DNA of 64,000 nucleotides, taken from NCBI GenBank assembly GCA_019747705.1, contig JAIEQM010000019.1, positions 1,921 to 65,920 of the forward strand, given 5' to 3'. The position numbers were made by a program, and so were the translations under genes. The notes beneath the pieces were generated by a model. That model did not search any database, was not told the DNA's origin, and saw only the letters and a list, made by a program, of their open reading frames with translations. This DNA is from Chitinophagaceae bacterium (GTDB taxonomy: Bacteria; Bacteroidota; Bacteroidia; Chitinophagales; Chitinophagaceae). Below, piece after piece: positions 17,480 through 26,367 of the stretch. The stretch's first letter is position 1, and each line of letters starts with the position of its first letter.

Positions 17480-17950
17480 ATGAAAAAGAAACCTTTTGTT
17501 CATTGGTCTTATTGTGCTGCATTTTTGACAGCAGTTCCGCCTCTTTAAAGGCGCAAACCGACTCCCTTTTACTACGAGTCTGTTTCCAACCCCGGCAAAA
17601 CCATTAATTTCCTGATCGGTTTCTAGTACACCAAAAACGAGTTTATTACCCGTGATGATGGAACCGGTTACACAAAAATCAAAATGGTCATTATTAACAA
17701 AGAAGGAGCCGATCTTTTTAAATGGAGCGATTACAAAATCTATGTAATGCTTAAAAATGGCGATCTCTTTTACAATTATACCACTAAGGCACAGGATGGA
17801 GACCTTGCCTGCACATGGACAGCACGTGCAGGTGAAACCCATGTTCAATACCTGTGCTTTGATAAAGCATTTGATGTAAACCAGATTGACCGTGTATGGC
17901 CGGGCATGAGCGATAACAAATTTTTTGATCTTGTAAGAAGCGACAAATAA
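17480..17950 (+). pseudogene. degraded gene for a small secreted protein (in-frame TAA at 17546, TAG at 17624, probable frameshift in the signal peptide)
   Basis: One frame reads MKKKPFVHWSYCAAFLTAVPPL*RRKPTPFYYESVSNPGKTINFLIGF*YTKNEF...LVRSDK*. A neighbouring frame gives a better signal peptide (LVLLCCIF..SASLKAQTDS). A rho-independent terminator follows. Confidence 0.5.
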
Positions 17951-17980
17951 CAAATAAGAGCGTTTTCGTTTTCATATAAG

Positions 17981-18010
17981 GCGCCGGTTATTTCAAACCG
18001 GCGCTTTTTT
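17981..18010 (+). terminator. rho-independent terminator
   Basis: gcgccggttatttcaaaccggcgc followed by tttttt. Confidence 0.75.
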
Positions 18011-18083
18011 ATTACCCTTAAAACTGTAATTGGTTCCAACACTGTTACCCATTACCTTTGCCCCGTTTAAAAAATTAACCGCT

Positions 18084-19007
18084 ATGTCTTTAATTGTTGT
18101 TGGCTCAATGGCCTTTGATGCACTGGAAACCCCCTTTGGAAAGAGCGATAAAATTGTAGGCGGCGCTGCTACTTATATTGGATGGAGCGCTTCCAATTTT
18201 ACAAGGCCCATTCACCAGATTTCAGTGGTGGGCGGCGATTTTCCGCAGAGCGAACTGGATGCATTGAGTGCACGTGGCGTAAATGTGGAAGGCGTGCAGG
18301 TAAAGAAAGATGAAAAAACTTTTTTCTGGAGCGGCCGGTACCACATGGATATGAACACACGTGATACGCTCGATACACAATTAAATGTACTGGCTAATTT
18401 TGATCCCATAGTGCCGGACAGCTACCAGGGCTGTGAATTTTTAATGCTGGGCAACCTGATGCCGGGCGTACAAATGCGTGTAATTGAACAGTTGAAAGTG
18501 AGGCCGAAGCTGATTGCCATGGACACGATGAATTTCTGGATGGAAACAGCGATGGAGGACCTTGAAAAAGTAATTGCAAAAGTGGATTTGCTTTTTGTAA
18601 ACGACAGTGAAGCCCGGCAACTGAGCGGCGAATTTTCATTGGTAAAAGCAGCCCGCTCTATTATGAAAATGGGTCTCAAATATTTAGTGATCAAAAAAGG
18701 TGAACACGGCGCCCTGCTGTTTCATGAGGATAAAGTATTTTTTGCGCCTGCATTGCCATTAGAGGTTGTGTTTGACCCCACGGGTGCCGGCGATACGTTT
18801 GCCGGAGGTTTTATTGGTCATATTGCCAAAACAAAAGACCTGAGTTTTGAAAATATGAAAACAGCCATTATTGTTGGCAGCGCCATGGCCAGTTTTTGTG
18901 TGGAGAAGTTTGGTACACAACGCCTCAAAGAAATTTCAAAAGCTGATATTGATGAACGTATTCAGCAATTTGTACAACTGGTGAATTTTGATATTGAACT
19001 GGTGTAA
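18084..19007 (+). CDS. PfkB-family carbohydrate/nucleoside kinase
   Basis: Start moved to MSLIVVGSMAFD. Contains the C-terminal DPTGAGDTFAGGFIG (PfkB signature 2). Confidence 0.85.
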   Translation: MSLIVVGSMAFDALETPFGKSDKIVGGAATYIGWSASNFTRPIHQISVVGGDFPQSELDALSARGVNVEGVQVKKDEKTFFWSGRYHMDMNTRDTLDTQLNVLANFDPIVPDSYQGCEFLMLGNLMPGVQMRVIEQLKVRPKLIAMDTMNFWMETAMEDLEKVIAKVDLLFVNDSEARQLSGEFSLVKAARSIMKMGLKYLVIKKGEHGALLFHEDKVFFAPALPLEVVFDPTGAGDTFAGGFIGHIAKTKDLSFENMKTAIIVGSAMASFCVEKFGTQRLKEISKADIDERIQQFVQLVNFDIELV

Positions 19008-19045
19008 GGCGCAGCAAAGCTTTATTTTTACTGAAAGCTTTTGTT

Positions 19046-19948
19046 TTGAAACAACTCTTTACCGCCACTATTCAGCATTTAAAGCAGAGCTTTTCATTCT
19101 TTACTTTTTTCCTTTGTTTTATTACCATTGCTGTTGCCTGCTGCAGTAACTATTACGGTTATTTTAAACTTTGGCCTGTTCATGAGTCATTTACAAAGTC
19201 ATTCTTCTTCCTGTTTGTTTTATTCTTTGTGTTTTTTACAGCCGGGCTGGCATTTACACTGCTGAATAAACACACAAAGCCGGTTTGGAACAATCATTAC
19301 AAATGGATTTTTATTGCAGCCCCTGCAGTGTTTGCATTAAAGGTGAGCCTGCCCTTTGATGAGTTATTGCTGAATCATTTTTCGGCGGCGTATCAACTGG
19401 CATTTCATAAAGCTGCTGCCTGGATGGGTGGTTTCCTGTTTACAGTTCCTGTATTAATGCTCTTGTATTATTTGTTTGAACAAAAATGGAATCTTTATTT
19501 CATTAAAAAAACAAACTCTTTTACGCCTTACTTAGTGCTGTTGCTGTGCATGGTTCCCCTGCTTTTATTTGCATCTGCACAAACTTCCTTTCAGCAGGTA
19601 TATCCGAGAAGTAAAGATGTGGCAATGGCATTGGGTAATTCTGCCACACCATTTCATTACATTTTTTTTGAGTTGGGTTATGCTATGGATTTTATTACGA
19701 TTGAATTGTTTTTTCGTGGTTTACTGATTGCAACCGTAAGCCGTGTGCTGGGCATCCGTTGCATTATTCCTGTGGCATTATTTTATTTTTCCATCCACCT
19801 GGGCAAGCCGATGCTGGAAGCCATCAGCAGTTTTTTTGGAGGATTAATTTTAGGGGCTGTGAGTTATGAAACCAAAAGCATCTGGGGCGGATGGATGGTA
19901 CACTTTGGTATTGCTTTGCTGATGGAGTTGCTGGGGTATATTATGTAA
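19046..19948 (+). CDS. CPBP-family intramembrane glutamic endopeptidase (CAAX protease-like)
   Basis: 300 aa, polytopic, with IELFFRGLL and FSIHLGK...FFGGLILG motifs. Start uncertain. Confidence 0.65.
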   Translation: MKQLFTATIQHLKQSFSFFTFFLCFITIAVACCSNYYGYFKLWPVHESFTKSFFFLFVLFFVFFTAGLAFTLLNKHTKPVWNNHYKWIFIAAPAVFALKVSLPFDELLLNHFSAAYQLAFHKAAAWMGGFLFTVPVLMLLYYLFEQKWNLYFIKKTNSFTPYLVLLLCMVPLLLFASAQTSFQQVYPRSKDVAMALGNSATPFHYIFFELGYAMDFITIELFFRGLLIATVSRVLGIRCIIPVALFYFSIHLGKPMLEAISSFFGGLILGAVSYETKSIWGGWMVHFGIALLMELLGYIM

Positions 19949-20058
19949 TACCAATTTTAAATATAATATAGCCCAATAAAATAAGTGTTAAACTGTTGAA
20001 ACGTATAATACCGCAAAAAAACAAACTATGGACTATATAATAACTGTAAGCGGTATAA
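19946..20058 (-). repeat. ~113 bp TIR-bounded intergenic repeat, copy B
   Basis: The reverse complement aligns over its whole length with 41688-41800 (e.g. TTATTGGGCTATATTATATTTAAAATTGGTA vs TTATTGGACTATATTATTTTAAAAATTGGTA). Ends are TAATACC...GGTATTA. Confidence 0.75.
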
Positions 20059-20121
20059 ACACTATTTCTTTTAACAACTGCATCATCTTCCTTTTATTAT
20101 TTTTACGTTTAAAGAACCCGT

Positions 20122-20940
20122 ATGAAGAAATTTATTTTAACACTGATACTCATAGCTGCTGTTAATGTATTTGTAACAGCACAAACAGTAAGAGAGGCCC
20201 GTAAGAGCGTTGAATTGAAAATGCCCGCCGGCGGCGGTGATAACGGAGGAACAGTTGCCATTAATCTCAAAAGCAGGAACCTGTATGCCACCATTACGGG
20301 TAACAAAACCTACAGTATGGCTTTCTTTAATAATACAGGTGAAATGGTTTCCCCACCGGATATGGCGTTGATGGCGGATATACGTGGACTTTGGTACAAC
20401 CCTGCACAAAAAACATTTCACGCCAATACATTTGGCGGTGGCTGGGTAAGTTATACCATGGATGAAGCGGGCATACCTTATGATGTAAAACCTTTGTTTC
20501 CGGGAGTTACACAACCAACGGCCAACAGTGTGGGTGTTTACAACCAGAGAGAGAATGTGGTTTATTTTTTAAAAGGATCAGTGGTAGTTACCTATGATGC
20601 CACTACCGGCAAGCAGATTCCTGAAAAGACGTATGCACTCAAGCTGGGTTACACCAAAAAAAATCCGGCGCCTGCTGATTTTAAAATGGATTCCGCACAA
20701 ATCAATAAAAATTATAATTCCACCACAGTTGTATTTACCGGCATTAACAATGCTGAGTTTGGCGTGTTAAACGTACAGTCAAAGGAAATTGAACTCTACA
20801 GCAAACAGGATGGATTGATGTACCAAAAACTACGGTTAACCACGGATGCTTATGTGCGTGATAAATTCAATTTTGCATTTGCCAATAATACGTTTTTCCT
20901 TTTTGATAAAAGCAAGCGTGCCTGGGTGGGATACCGTTGA
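20122..20940 (+). CDS. secreted hypothetical protein
   Basis: 272 aa with a signal peptide (MKKFILTLILIAAVNVFVTAQ). No family recognised. Confidence 0.55.
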   Translation: MKKFILTLILIAAVNVFVTAQTVREARKSVELKMPAGGGDNGGTVAINLKSRNLYATITGNKTYSMAFFNNTGEMVSPPDMALMADIRGLWYNPAQKTFHANTFGGGWVSYTMDEAGIPYDVKPLFPGVTQPTANSVGVYNQRENVVYFLKGSVVVTYDATTGKQIPEKTYALKLGYTKKNPAPADFKMDSAQINKNYNSTTVVFTGINNAEFGVLNVQSKEIELYSKQDGLMYQKLRLTTDAYVRDKFNFAFANNTFFLFDKSKRAWVGYR

Positions 20941-21100
20941 TAGTTTTCAGTGCGGATGAGATTGAATAAAAAATCATTTCTCTGCTTGTTTATCAAATTT
21001 CATTCATCAGCAACAAAACATTAATACACCGTTCATAGTTACATCATGATGTGTTCATACAGATGAGGGAGCTTTGCTTCATCATCTAACACCTCAAATC

Positions 21101-21472
21101 ATGAAAAAAACTATTTTAGTAATGTTTCTTTTTGTTTCGTTCAGTTTATTCCTGCAATCATTTGCACATCCTGTTACTGCAGCAACTGAAACGGCTGTTG
21201 CTTATGCCGGCATTAAAGAACAGGGAGTTGCATTTGATGTAACATGGAACAATCATGAAGGAAGCACTGAAATCATCATTAAAGACAAAGACGGAAATGC
21301 GATTTACCGGAATACATTTACAGAAGCTGCAATGAAAAAACGTTTTTATCTTCCCAAAGGTGAAAATGAACAGTACAGTTTTATCATCAGCAATGGCAAA
21401 AAAAGACTAGAAAAGAAATTCCTCATCAGCACCAGTTTTGTTGAAACGGTAAATGTAAATGAGCTGAAATAG
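21101..21472 (+). CDS. small secreted hypothetical protein
   Basis: Start moved to MKKTILVMFLFVSFSLFLQSFA. A terminator follows. Confidence 0.55.
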   Translation: MKKTILVMFLFVSFSLFLQSFAHPVTAATETAVAYAGIKEQGVAFDVTWNNHEGSTEIIIKDKDGNAIYRNTFTEAAMKKRFYLPKGENEQYSFIISNGKKRLEKKFLISTSFVETVNVNELK

Positions 21473-21493
21473 CAAACAATTTATGCAGAACAT

Positions 21494-21522
21494 GGCGAAC
21501 CGGTAACCGGTTCGCCTTTTTT
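21494..21522 (+). terminator. rho-independent terminator
   Basis: ggcgaaccggtaaccggttcgcc followed by tttttt. Confidence 0.8.
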
Positions 21523-21536
21523 ATTATTTTTACTGT

Positions 21537-21731
21537 ATGCAGCAATGTTTGTTTTGCGGACATATGGTTACGCTGGTGCATGTGCATGGTCATTATCAAT
21601 GCCCTGTTTGTTGCACCAATGCACTGCCCTGCTGCGATGGTGATAACTGCCATACGAATATGCTGATGGATGATCATGCAACAGAAAAGAACAACCCTGG
21701 CGAAGAAGTTTTAACAAATTTGGAACAATGA
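21537..21731 (+). CDS. small Cys/His-rich (zinc-ribbon-like) protein
   Basis: 64 aa: CLFCGH...HVHGHYQCPVCC...CCDGDNCH. Confidence 0.4.
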   Translation: MQQCLFCGHMVTLVHVHGHYQCPVCCTNALPCCDGDNCHTNMLMDDHATEKNNPGEEVLTNLEQ

Positions 21732-21760
21732 AACGGCTACCTTAACTGAAACAAAATACA

Positions 21761-22198
21761 ATGATCAAATCCAAAATTCTGCAGGTAATTGTATTGGTGA
21801 GTTTTGTTTCCCTGATTGTGTTGTTTTTATTTTACAGAAGCGGAAAATTAGACAGCTATTTGCCAGGCTCCAACTCACCGGCTGATGCAAGTATAAATGC
21901 CAATACACTTATTGAAACAGAAACTGACACACTACCGCCAAAAAAAGATACGTTAACTCCTGAGATGCTCCCTTCATCCAAATCAATGATGGTAGTTCGC
22001 AGTAAACCTTCAAAAACAAAAGACACATCCGGAATAAAAAAGATCCCTGATTCATTAAAGCTGAAATCACCTCCTTTATTCAGCGGTTCAAAATCAGGCT
22101 TTATTGTTGATCCTTCAACTTTTAAATTTGATACGCCTTTGTTTAAGATTGATACATCATACAGACCTGTTAAGAAAAAAAAGAAAGATAAACAATGA
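21761..22198 (+). CDS. membrane-anchored hypothetical protein (S/P/K-rich)
   Basis: 145 aa with an N-terminal TM segment. Its stop overlaps the next gene's start (ATGA). Confidence 0.5.
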   Translation: MIKSKILQVIVLVSFVSLIVLFLFYRSGKLDSYLPGSNSPADASINANTLIETETDTLPPKKDTLTPEMLPSSKSMMVVRSKPSKTKDTSGIKKIPDSLKLKSPPLFSGSKSGFIVDPSTFKFDTPLFKIDTSYRPVKKKKKDKQ

Positions 22199-23001
22199 CC
22201 TTTCTTAATGTTATTTTAGCAACAGGGGCCAGTTTGCTTTTTTTATCACTGGTATTTATTCCGATGGAAAAAGTGTTTCCTGCAAAACCGGAACAAAAAA
22301 TTTTCAGGAAACACTGGCTGCTTGATTTATGTTTTTTTGCCGGGCAGTATTTGTTGTGGGGAGGAATTGTATTAAAAGTATTAACATGGCTCAATCAATG
22401 GTTGCAGTACATTATTCCTGCCGGCATCAGAACAACTGTTGCATCGCAACCTTTATGGTTACAGGCACTTGAAGTTTTATTGTTGAGTGATGTATTGATT
22501 TACTGGGGCCACCGACTGCAGCACAAATTTGATTTTCTCTGGCGCTTTCATAAAGTACATCACAGTGCAGAACATCTTGATTGGCTGGCTGCACACCGGG
22601 AACATCCGCTCGATTCAATTTATACTATCGGCATTATTAATTTACCCGTATTTATTTTTGGTTTTGATCTGGATGCCATTTCGGCCATTGTTGCTTTCAG
22701 AGGAATATGGGCCATCTATATTCACTCAAATGTTCGATTACCAATTGGTCCGTTAAAAATGTTAATTGGTTCTCCGGAACTTCATCACTGGCATCATGAT
22801 CTTGAAAGAGACCGTGGCAATTATGCCAATATTTCACCATTGATGGATATTTTGTTTGGCACTTACGTTTGTCCGGATAAAGAACCTGAGCAGTTTGGCA
22901 TTAAAGAACAACTTCCAAACAATTATATAGGTCAGTTACTGAACCCGCTGCTACCTAAAAAAATTTGGAACAAGGTTGTAAAGAACAAAAGACTTTCATA
23001 A
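22195..23001 (+). CDS. fatty acid hydroxylase / sterol desaturase superfamily protein
   Basis: 268 aa membrane protein with histidine boxes HRLQH, HKVHH, HHWHH. Confidence 0.8.
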   Translation: MTFLNVILATGASLLFLSLVFIPMEKVFPAKPEQKIFRKHWLLDLCFFAGQYLLWGGIVLKVLTWLNQWLQYIIPAGIRTTVASQPLWLQALEVLLLSDVLIYWGHRLQHKFDFLWRFHKVHHSAEHLDWLAAHREHPLDSIYTIGIINLPVFIFGFDLDAISAIVAFRGIWAIYIHSNVRLPIGPLKMLIGSPELHHWHHDLERDRGNYANISPLMDILFGTYVCPDKEPEQFGIKEQLPNNYIGQLLNPLLPKKIWNKVVKNKRLS

Positions 23002-23180
23002 TTATTTACGCTCTGCTCATTATTGCATAAACGATGAAGTGTGCGACGCAAGGAACGATGCCCATAGCTGCAACAGCCGGTTACCAATATCTTCTTCCTG
23101 TCATCTGCCAGCCGGCAGACGTGGAAAATTAAAAGCCGCAAATGCGTTCAATCCAATATTTTTGCGGTCAAATTTCAACC

Positions 23181-24824
23181 ATGCCAAAAAATAATTCCAT
23201 TAAGTCAGTTTTAATTGTAGGCAGCGGACCCATTGTGATTGGCCAGGCCTGTGAGTTTGATTACTCCGGCTCACAAGCTGCCAGGAGTTTGCGTGAAGAA
23301 GGCATTAAAGTGATTTTGATAAACAGCAACCCGGCTACCATTATGACTGACCCTATGATGGCCGACCGTGTGTACCTGCTGCCTTTAACGGTTGAAAGTA
23401 TTGAACAGATTTTAGAGGAAAATCAAATTGATGCCGTATTGCCTACCATGGGCGGACAAACAGCACTTAACCTTTGTAAAGAAGCAGATGAACTGGGCGT
23501 GTGGGAAAAATACAATTGCAAAATGATTGGCGTGGATGTGAAAGCGATTGATACAGCAGAAGACCGTGAAAAGTTTCGCCAGCTGATGATTGATATTGGA
23601 ATTGGTGTGGCGCCCAGCCGTGTGGCCAACTCACTGCTGGAAGGAAAGGAGTTTGCACAGGAAATTGGTATTCCGCTGGTGATACGGCCTTCATTTACAT
23701 TGGGGGGAAGCGGCGGAAGTATTGTATTTCACAAAGAGGAACTGGATGCTGCACTGGAAAGAGGATTGAGTGCAAGCCCCATGCATGAAGTGCTGGTGGA
23801 AAAAGCATTGATAGGCTGGAAAGAATTTGAACTGGAATTACTGCGTGATATGAATGATAATGTGGTTATCATTTGCACGGTTGAAAATTTTGATCCTATG
23901 GGTGTGCACACGGGCGACAGTATTACCGTAGCCCCTGCCATGACGCTGAGTGATACGGCTTTTCAAAACATGCGCAACATGGCTATTAAGATGATGCGGA
24001 GTTTGGGAAATTTTGCCGGTGGTTGTAATGTGCAGTTTGCCATGAACCCTGAAACGGAAGAAATTATTTCAGTTGAAATTAATCCACGTGTGAGCCGCTC
24101 ATCTGCACTGGCAAGTAAAGCAACGGGTTATCCTATTGCGAAAATTGCGGCAAAGCTGGCCATTGGTTATTCACTGGATGAATTGAAAAATCAAATCACA
24201 CAAACCACTTCTGCCTACTTTGAACCGGCGCTGGATTATGTAATTGTAAAAATGCCACGCTGGAATTTTGATAAGTTCAAAGGTGCTGATGACAGGTTGG
24301 GTTTGCAAATGAAAAGTGTGGGTGAGGTGATGGCGATTGGAAGAAGTTTTACGGAAGCGGTGCAAAAAGCCTGTCAGAGTTTGGAGAACAATGCTGTGGG
24401 TTTGGGTTATTATGGTTTGAGTTTGAAACATGCAGAATATCTGATTGAATACATTAAAGTGCCGAAGTGGGACCGCATCTTCCGTATTAAAGATGCGCTG
24501 ATGGCAGGTGTGAGTGTAAAGACGATTGTGGAAGCCACCAAAATTGACCGCTGGTTCATTTATCAGATACAGGATATAGTGAATATGGAGAAAGAGCTTG
24601 CCAAACATGATATGCAATCATTGCCTGAAAGTTTGCTGCGTGAAGCCAAACGTATGGGTTTTGGCGATGAGCAGATTTGCCGCATTATGAAAGAAGATGC
24701 CAGCGAAGATGAACTGTATGAGAAGCGTAAAGCGTGGGGTATTACCAGGGTTTATAAAATGGTGGATACCTGCAGTGCAGAGTTTGAAGCCAAGACGCCT
24801 TATTTCTATTCAACATTTGAGTAG
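23181..24824 (+). CDS. carB: carbamoyl-phosphate synthase large subunit, N-terminal half only (first ATP-grasp + oligomerisation domain)
   Basis: Start moved to MPKNNSIKSVLIVGSGPIVIGQACEFDYSGSQA. The product is collinear with CarB through ...TCSAEFEAKTPYFYSTFE, then a stop. No second-half sequence occurs in any frame downstream. Confidence 0.85.
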   Translation: MPKNNSIKSVLIVGSGPIVIGQACEFDYSGSQAARSLREEGIKVILINSNPATIMTDPMMADRVYLLPLTVESIEQILEENQIDAVLPTMGGQTALNLCKEADELGVWEKYNCKMIGVDVKAIDTAEDREKFRQLMIDIGIGVAPSRVANSLLEGKEFAQEIGIPLVIRPSFTLGGSGGSIVFHKEELDAALERGLSASPMHEVLVEKALIGWKEFELELLRDMNDNVVIICTVENFDPMGVHTGDSITVAPAMTLSDTAFQNMRNMAIKMMRSLGNFAGGCNVQFAMNPETEEIISVEINPRVSRSSALASKATGYPIAKIAAKLAIGYSLDELKNQITQTTSAYFEPALDYVIVKMPRWNFDKFKGADDRLGLQMKSVGEVMAIGRSFTEAVQKACQSLENNAVGLGYYGLSLKHAEYLIEYIKVPKWDRIFRIKDALMAGVSVKTIVEATKIDRWFIYQIQDIVNMEKELAKHDMQSLPESLLREAKRMGFGDEQICRIMKEDASEDELYEKRKAWGITRVYKMVDTCSAEFEAKTPYFYSTFE

Positions 24825-24928
24825 CTGAGAGATAAAAGAAGAAAGAAGTAAAAGCGATTGAACCCTGACGGAGGCGTTGGGGTTTTTTATTTTCGAGAAC
24901 ATCAATTGAACATTTCTTTCTCAGTTGG

Positions 24929-24981
24929 CTCTGCTTCTCTGCGTGCTAAAAATCATGCAGAGGCAAAGAGAGGGAAGAGAA
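24929..24981. repeat. CTCTGCG/GCAGAG palindromic repeat element (copy 2)
   Basis: ctctgcttctctgcgtgctaaaaatcatgcagaggcaaagagagggaagagaag. It shares CTCTG(C/T)TTCTCTGCGT with 1300-1318. Confidence 0.5.
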
Positions 24982-25039
24982 GAATGATAATTCCATTGTC
25001 ATTATAAAATATAAACTGATTTAACTGTGTTTTGATGAA

Positions 25040-25777
25040 TTACTCCTGTTGATTATTTGAATCTTTCAGCATCTTCATCAGCTCCTTCATCTCCGGCTCA
25101 CTTAAATACCTCCATTTACCAACAGGAATACTTCCGAGTTGGATATGCATAATACGTATGCGTTTGAGCTGTATCACTTCATAGCCAAACACTTCACACA
25201 TTCTTCTTATTTGCCGGTTCAATCCCTGTTTGAGAATGATGGAAAATGTTTTGCCGCTGAGGGTACGCACTTTGCAGGGAAGTGTGGTGGTACCGAGAAT
25301 GTTTACACCTTTACTCATTTTAGCAGCAAAGTCGGGCGTGAGTTTTTTGTTAACGGTAACAATGTATTCTTTTTCATGTTCATTACCTGCACGGAGAATT
25401 TTATTGACGATATCACCATTGCTGGTGAGAAAAATTAATCCTTCTGAATTTTTATCCAACCGCCCGATTGGAAAAATTCGTTTGGGATGATTGATAAAGC
25501 GGATGAGATTGGTTCGGTCTTTTTCATCAGTAGTGGATGTAATGCCAATGGGTTTGTTAAAGGCGATGATGAACTGCTCCTGCCTGGCTGTTTTTTTTAC
25601 TTTGAGCAGTTCATCATCAATATAAATTTTATCATTACTACTCACTCTTGCCCCGGGCAGGGCAATGTTGCCGTTAACTGATACACGAGCCTGTTCAATG
25701 AGTTTATCTGCTTCTCTCCGGCTGCAGTAACCGGTGGAGGAGATGTATTTGTTGAGGGAGATTTTTTCTTCGGGCAT
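25040..25777 (-). CDS. RsuA/RluF-family pseudouridine synthase (S4 domain + catalytic domain)
   Basis: Start moved to MPEEKISLNKYISSTGYCSRREADKLI (S4). Catalytic motif GRLDKNSEGLIFLTSNGD. Confidence 0.85.
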   Translation of the reverse strand: MPEEKISLNKYISSTGYCSRREADKLIEQARVSVNGNIALPGARVSSNDKIYIDDELLKVKKTARQEQFIIAFNKPIGITSTTDEKDRTNLIRFINHPKRIFPIGRLDKNSEGLIFLTSNGDIVNKILRAGNEHEKEYIVTVNKKLTPDFAAKMSKGVNILGTTTLPCKVRTLSGKTFSIILKQGLNRQIRRMCEVFGYEVIQLKRIRIMHIQLGSIPVGKWRYLSEPEMKELMKMLKDSNNQQE

Positions 25778-25855
25778 TGGTGCAAAAGTAAGTAATGAAA
25801 CGGTGATGATAGTCTCCAATAAAAAGCTTAATTTACAGTAGTAAAAACGATCGAT

Positions 25856-26077
25856 ATGTCTGAAATCATTCAATTGAAAATAAAAAAAGAATATGCAGCT
25901 TCTTTAATTGAGCATCTTAAAAAAGAAGAGGCTATTGAAGTAATTGAAGATTATATGGATGAAATTCCTGATTGGCAAAAAAAAGCAGTGCTTAAAACTT
26001 TAAAGGAAGTGGAAGAAAACCCATCTCTTGCCAAGCCGTGGGATGAAATAAAGAAAAAATATCAGCGGCCTGAATAA
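25856..26077 (+). CDS. putative antitoxin (addiction-module component)
   Basis: 73 aa, acidic. Its stop overlaps the start of the downstream toxin by 1 nt (TAATG). Confidence 0.55.
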   Translation: MSEIIQLKIKKEYAASLIEHLKKEEAIEVIEDYMDEIPDWQKKAVLKTLKEVEENPSLAKPWDEIKKKYQRPE

Positions 26078-26367
26078 TGTTATTTGCTGTTGAACTTTCT
26101 CATGATGCAATTGAAGACCTTGATGCTGCTTTTGAGTACTATAATGAGGCATCTTATGGCTTAGGGTATGATTTTATTAATGTTATAGACAACTACCTGA
26201 ACCGTATTTCAAAATTGCCAACAGCTTCCGCTATCCGATATAAAAATGTGAGGGTAAAACCAATTGAAATTTTTCCGTTCACTATTTACTACATAATTCA
26301 GGAAGATTCGAAAATTCTTGTGTTGAGAATTTTTAACACCTGGCAAAAACCTTTCTGGAAAGATTAA
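26077..26367 (+). CDS. type II toxin-antitoxin system RelE/ParE-family toxin
   Basis: 96 aa. Has AIEDLDAAFEYY...FPFTIYYIIQEDSKILVLRIFNTWQKP, typical of Bacteroidota ParE-like toxins. Confidence 0.7.
   Translation: MLFAVELSHDAIEDLDAAFEYYNEASYGLGYDFINVIDNYLNRISKLPTASAIRYKNVRVKPIEIFPFTIYYIIQEDSKILVLRIFNTWQKPFWKD

Noticed and set aside
17420-17953. 177-aa minus-strand ORF
   Set aside because: The composition is Cys-rich and low-complexity with no motif. The plus strand carries a more protein-like frame ending at a plus-strand terminator, so I treated this ORF as a shadow of the decayed plus-strand gene.
24171-24617. 148-aa minus-strand ORF inside carB
   Set aside because: Antisense shadow of a strongly conserved gene.
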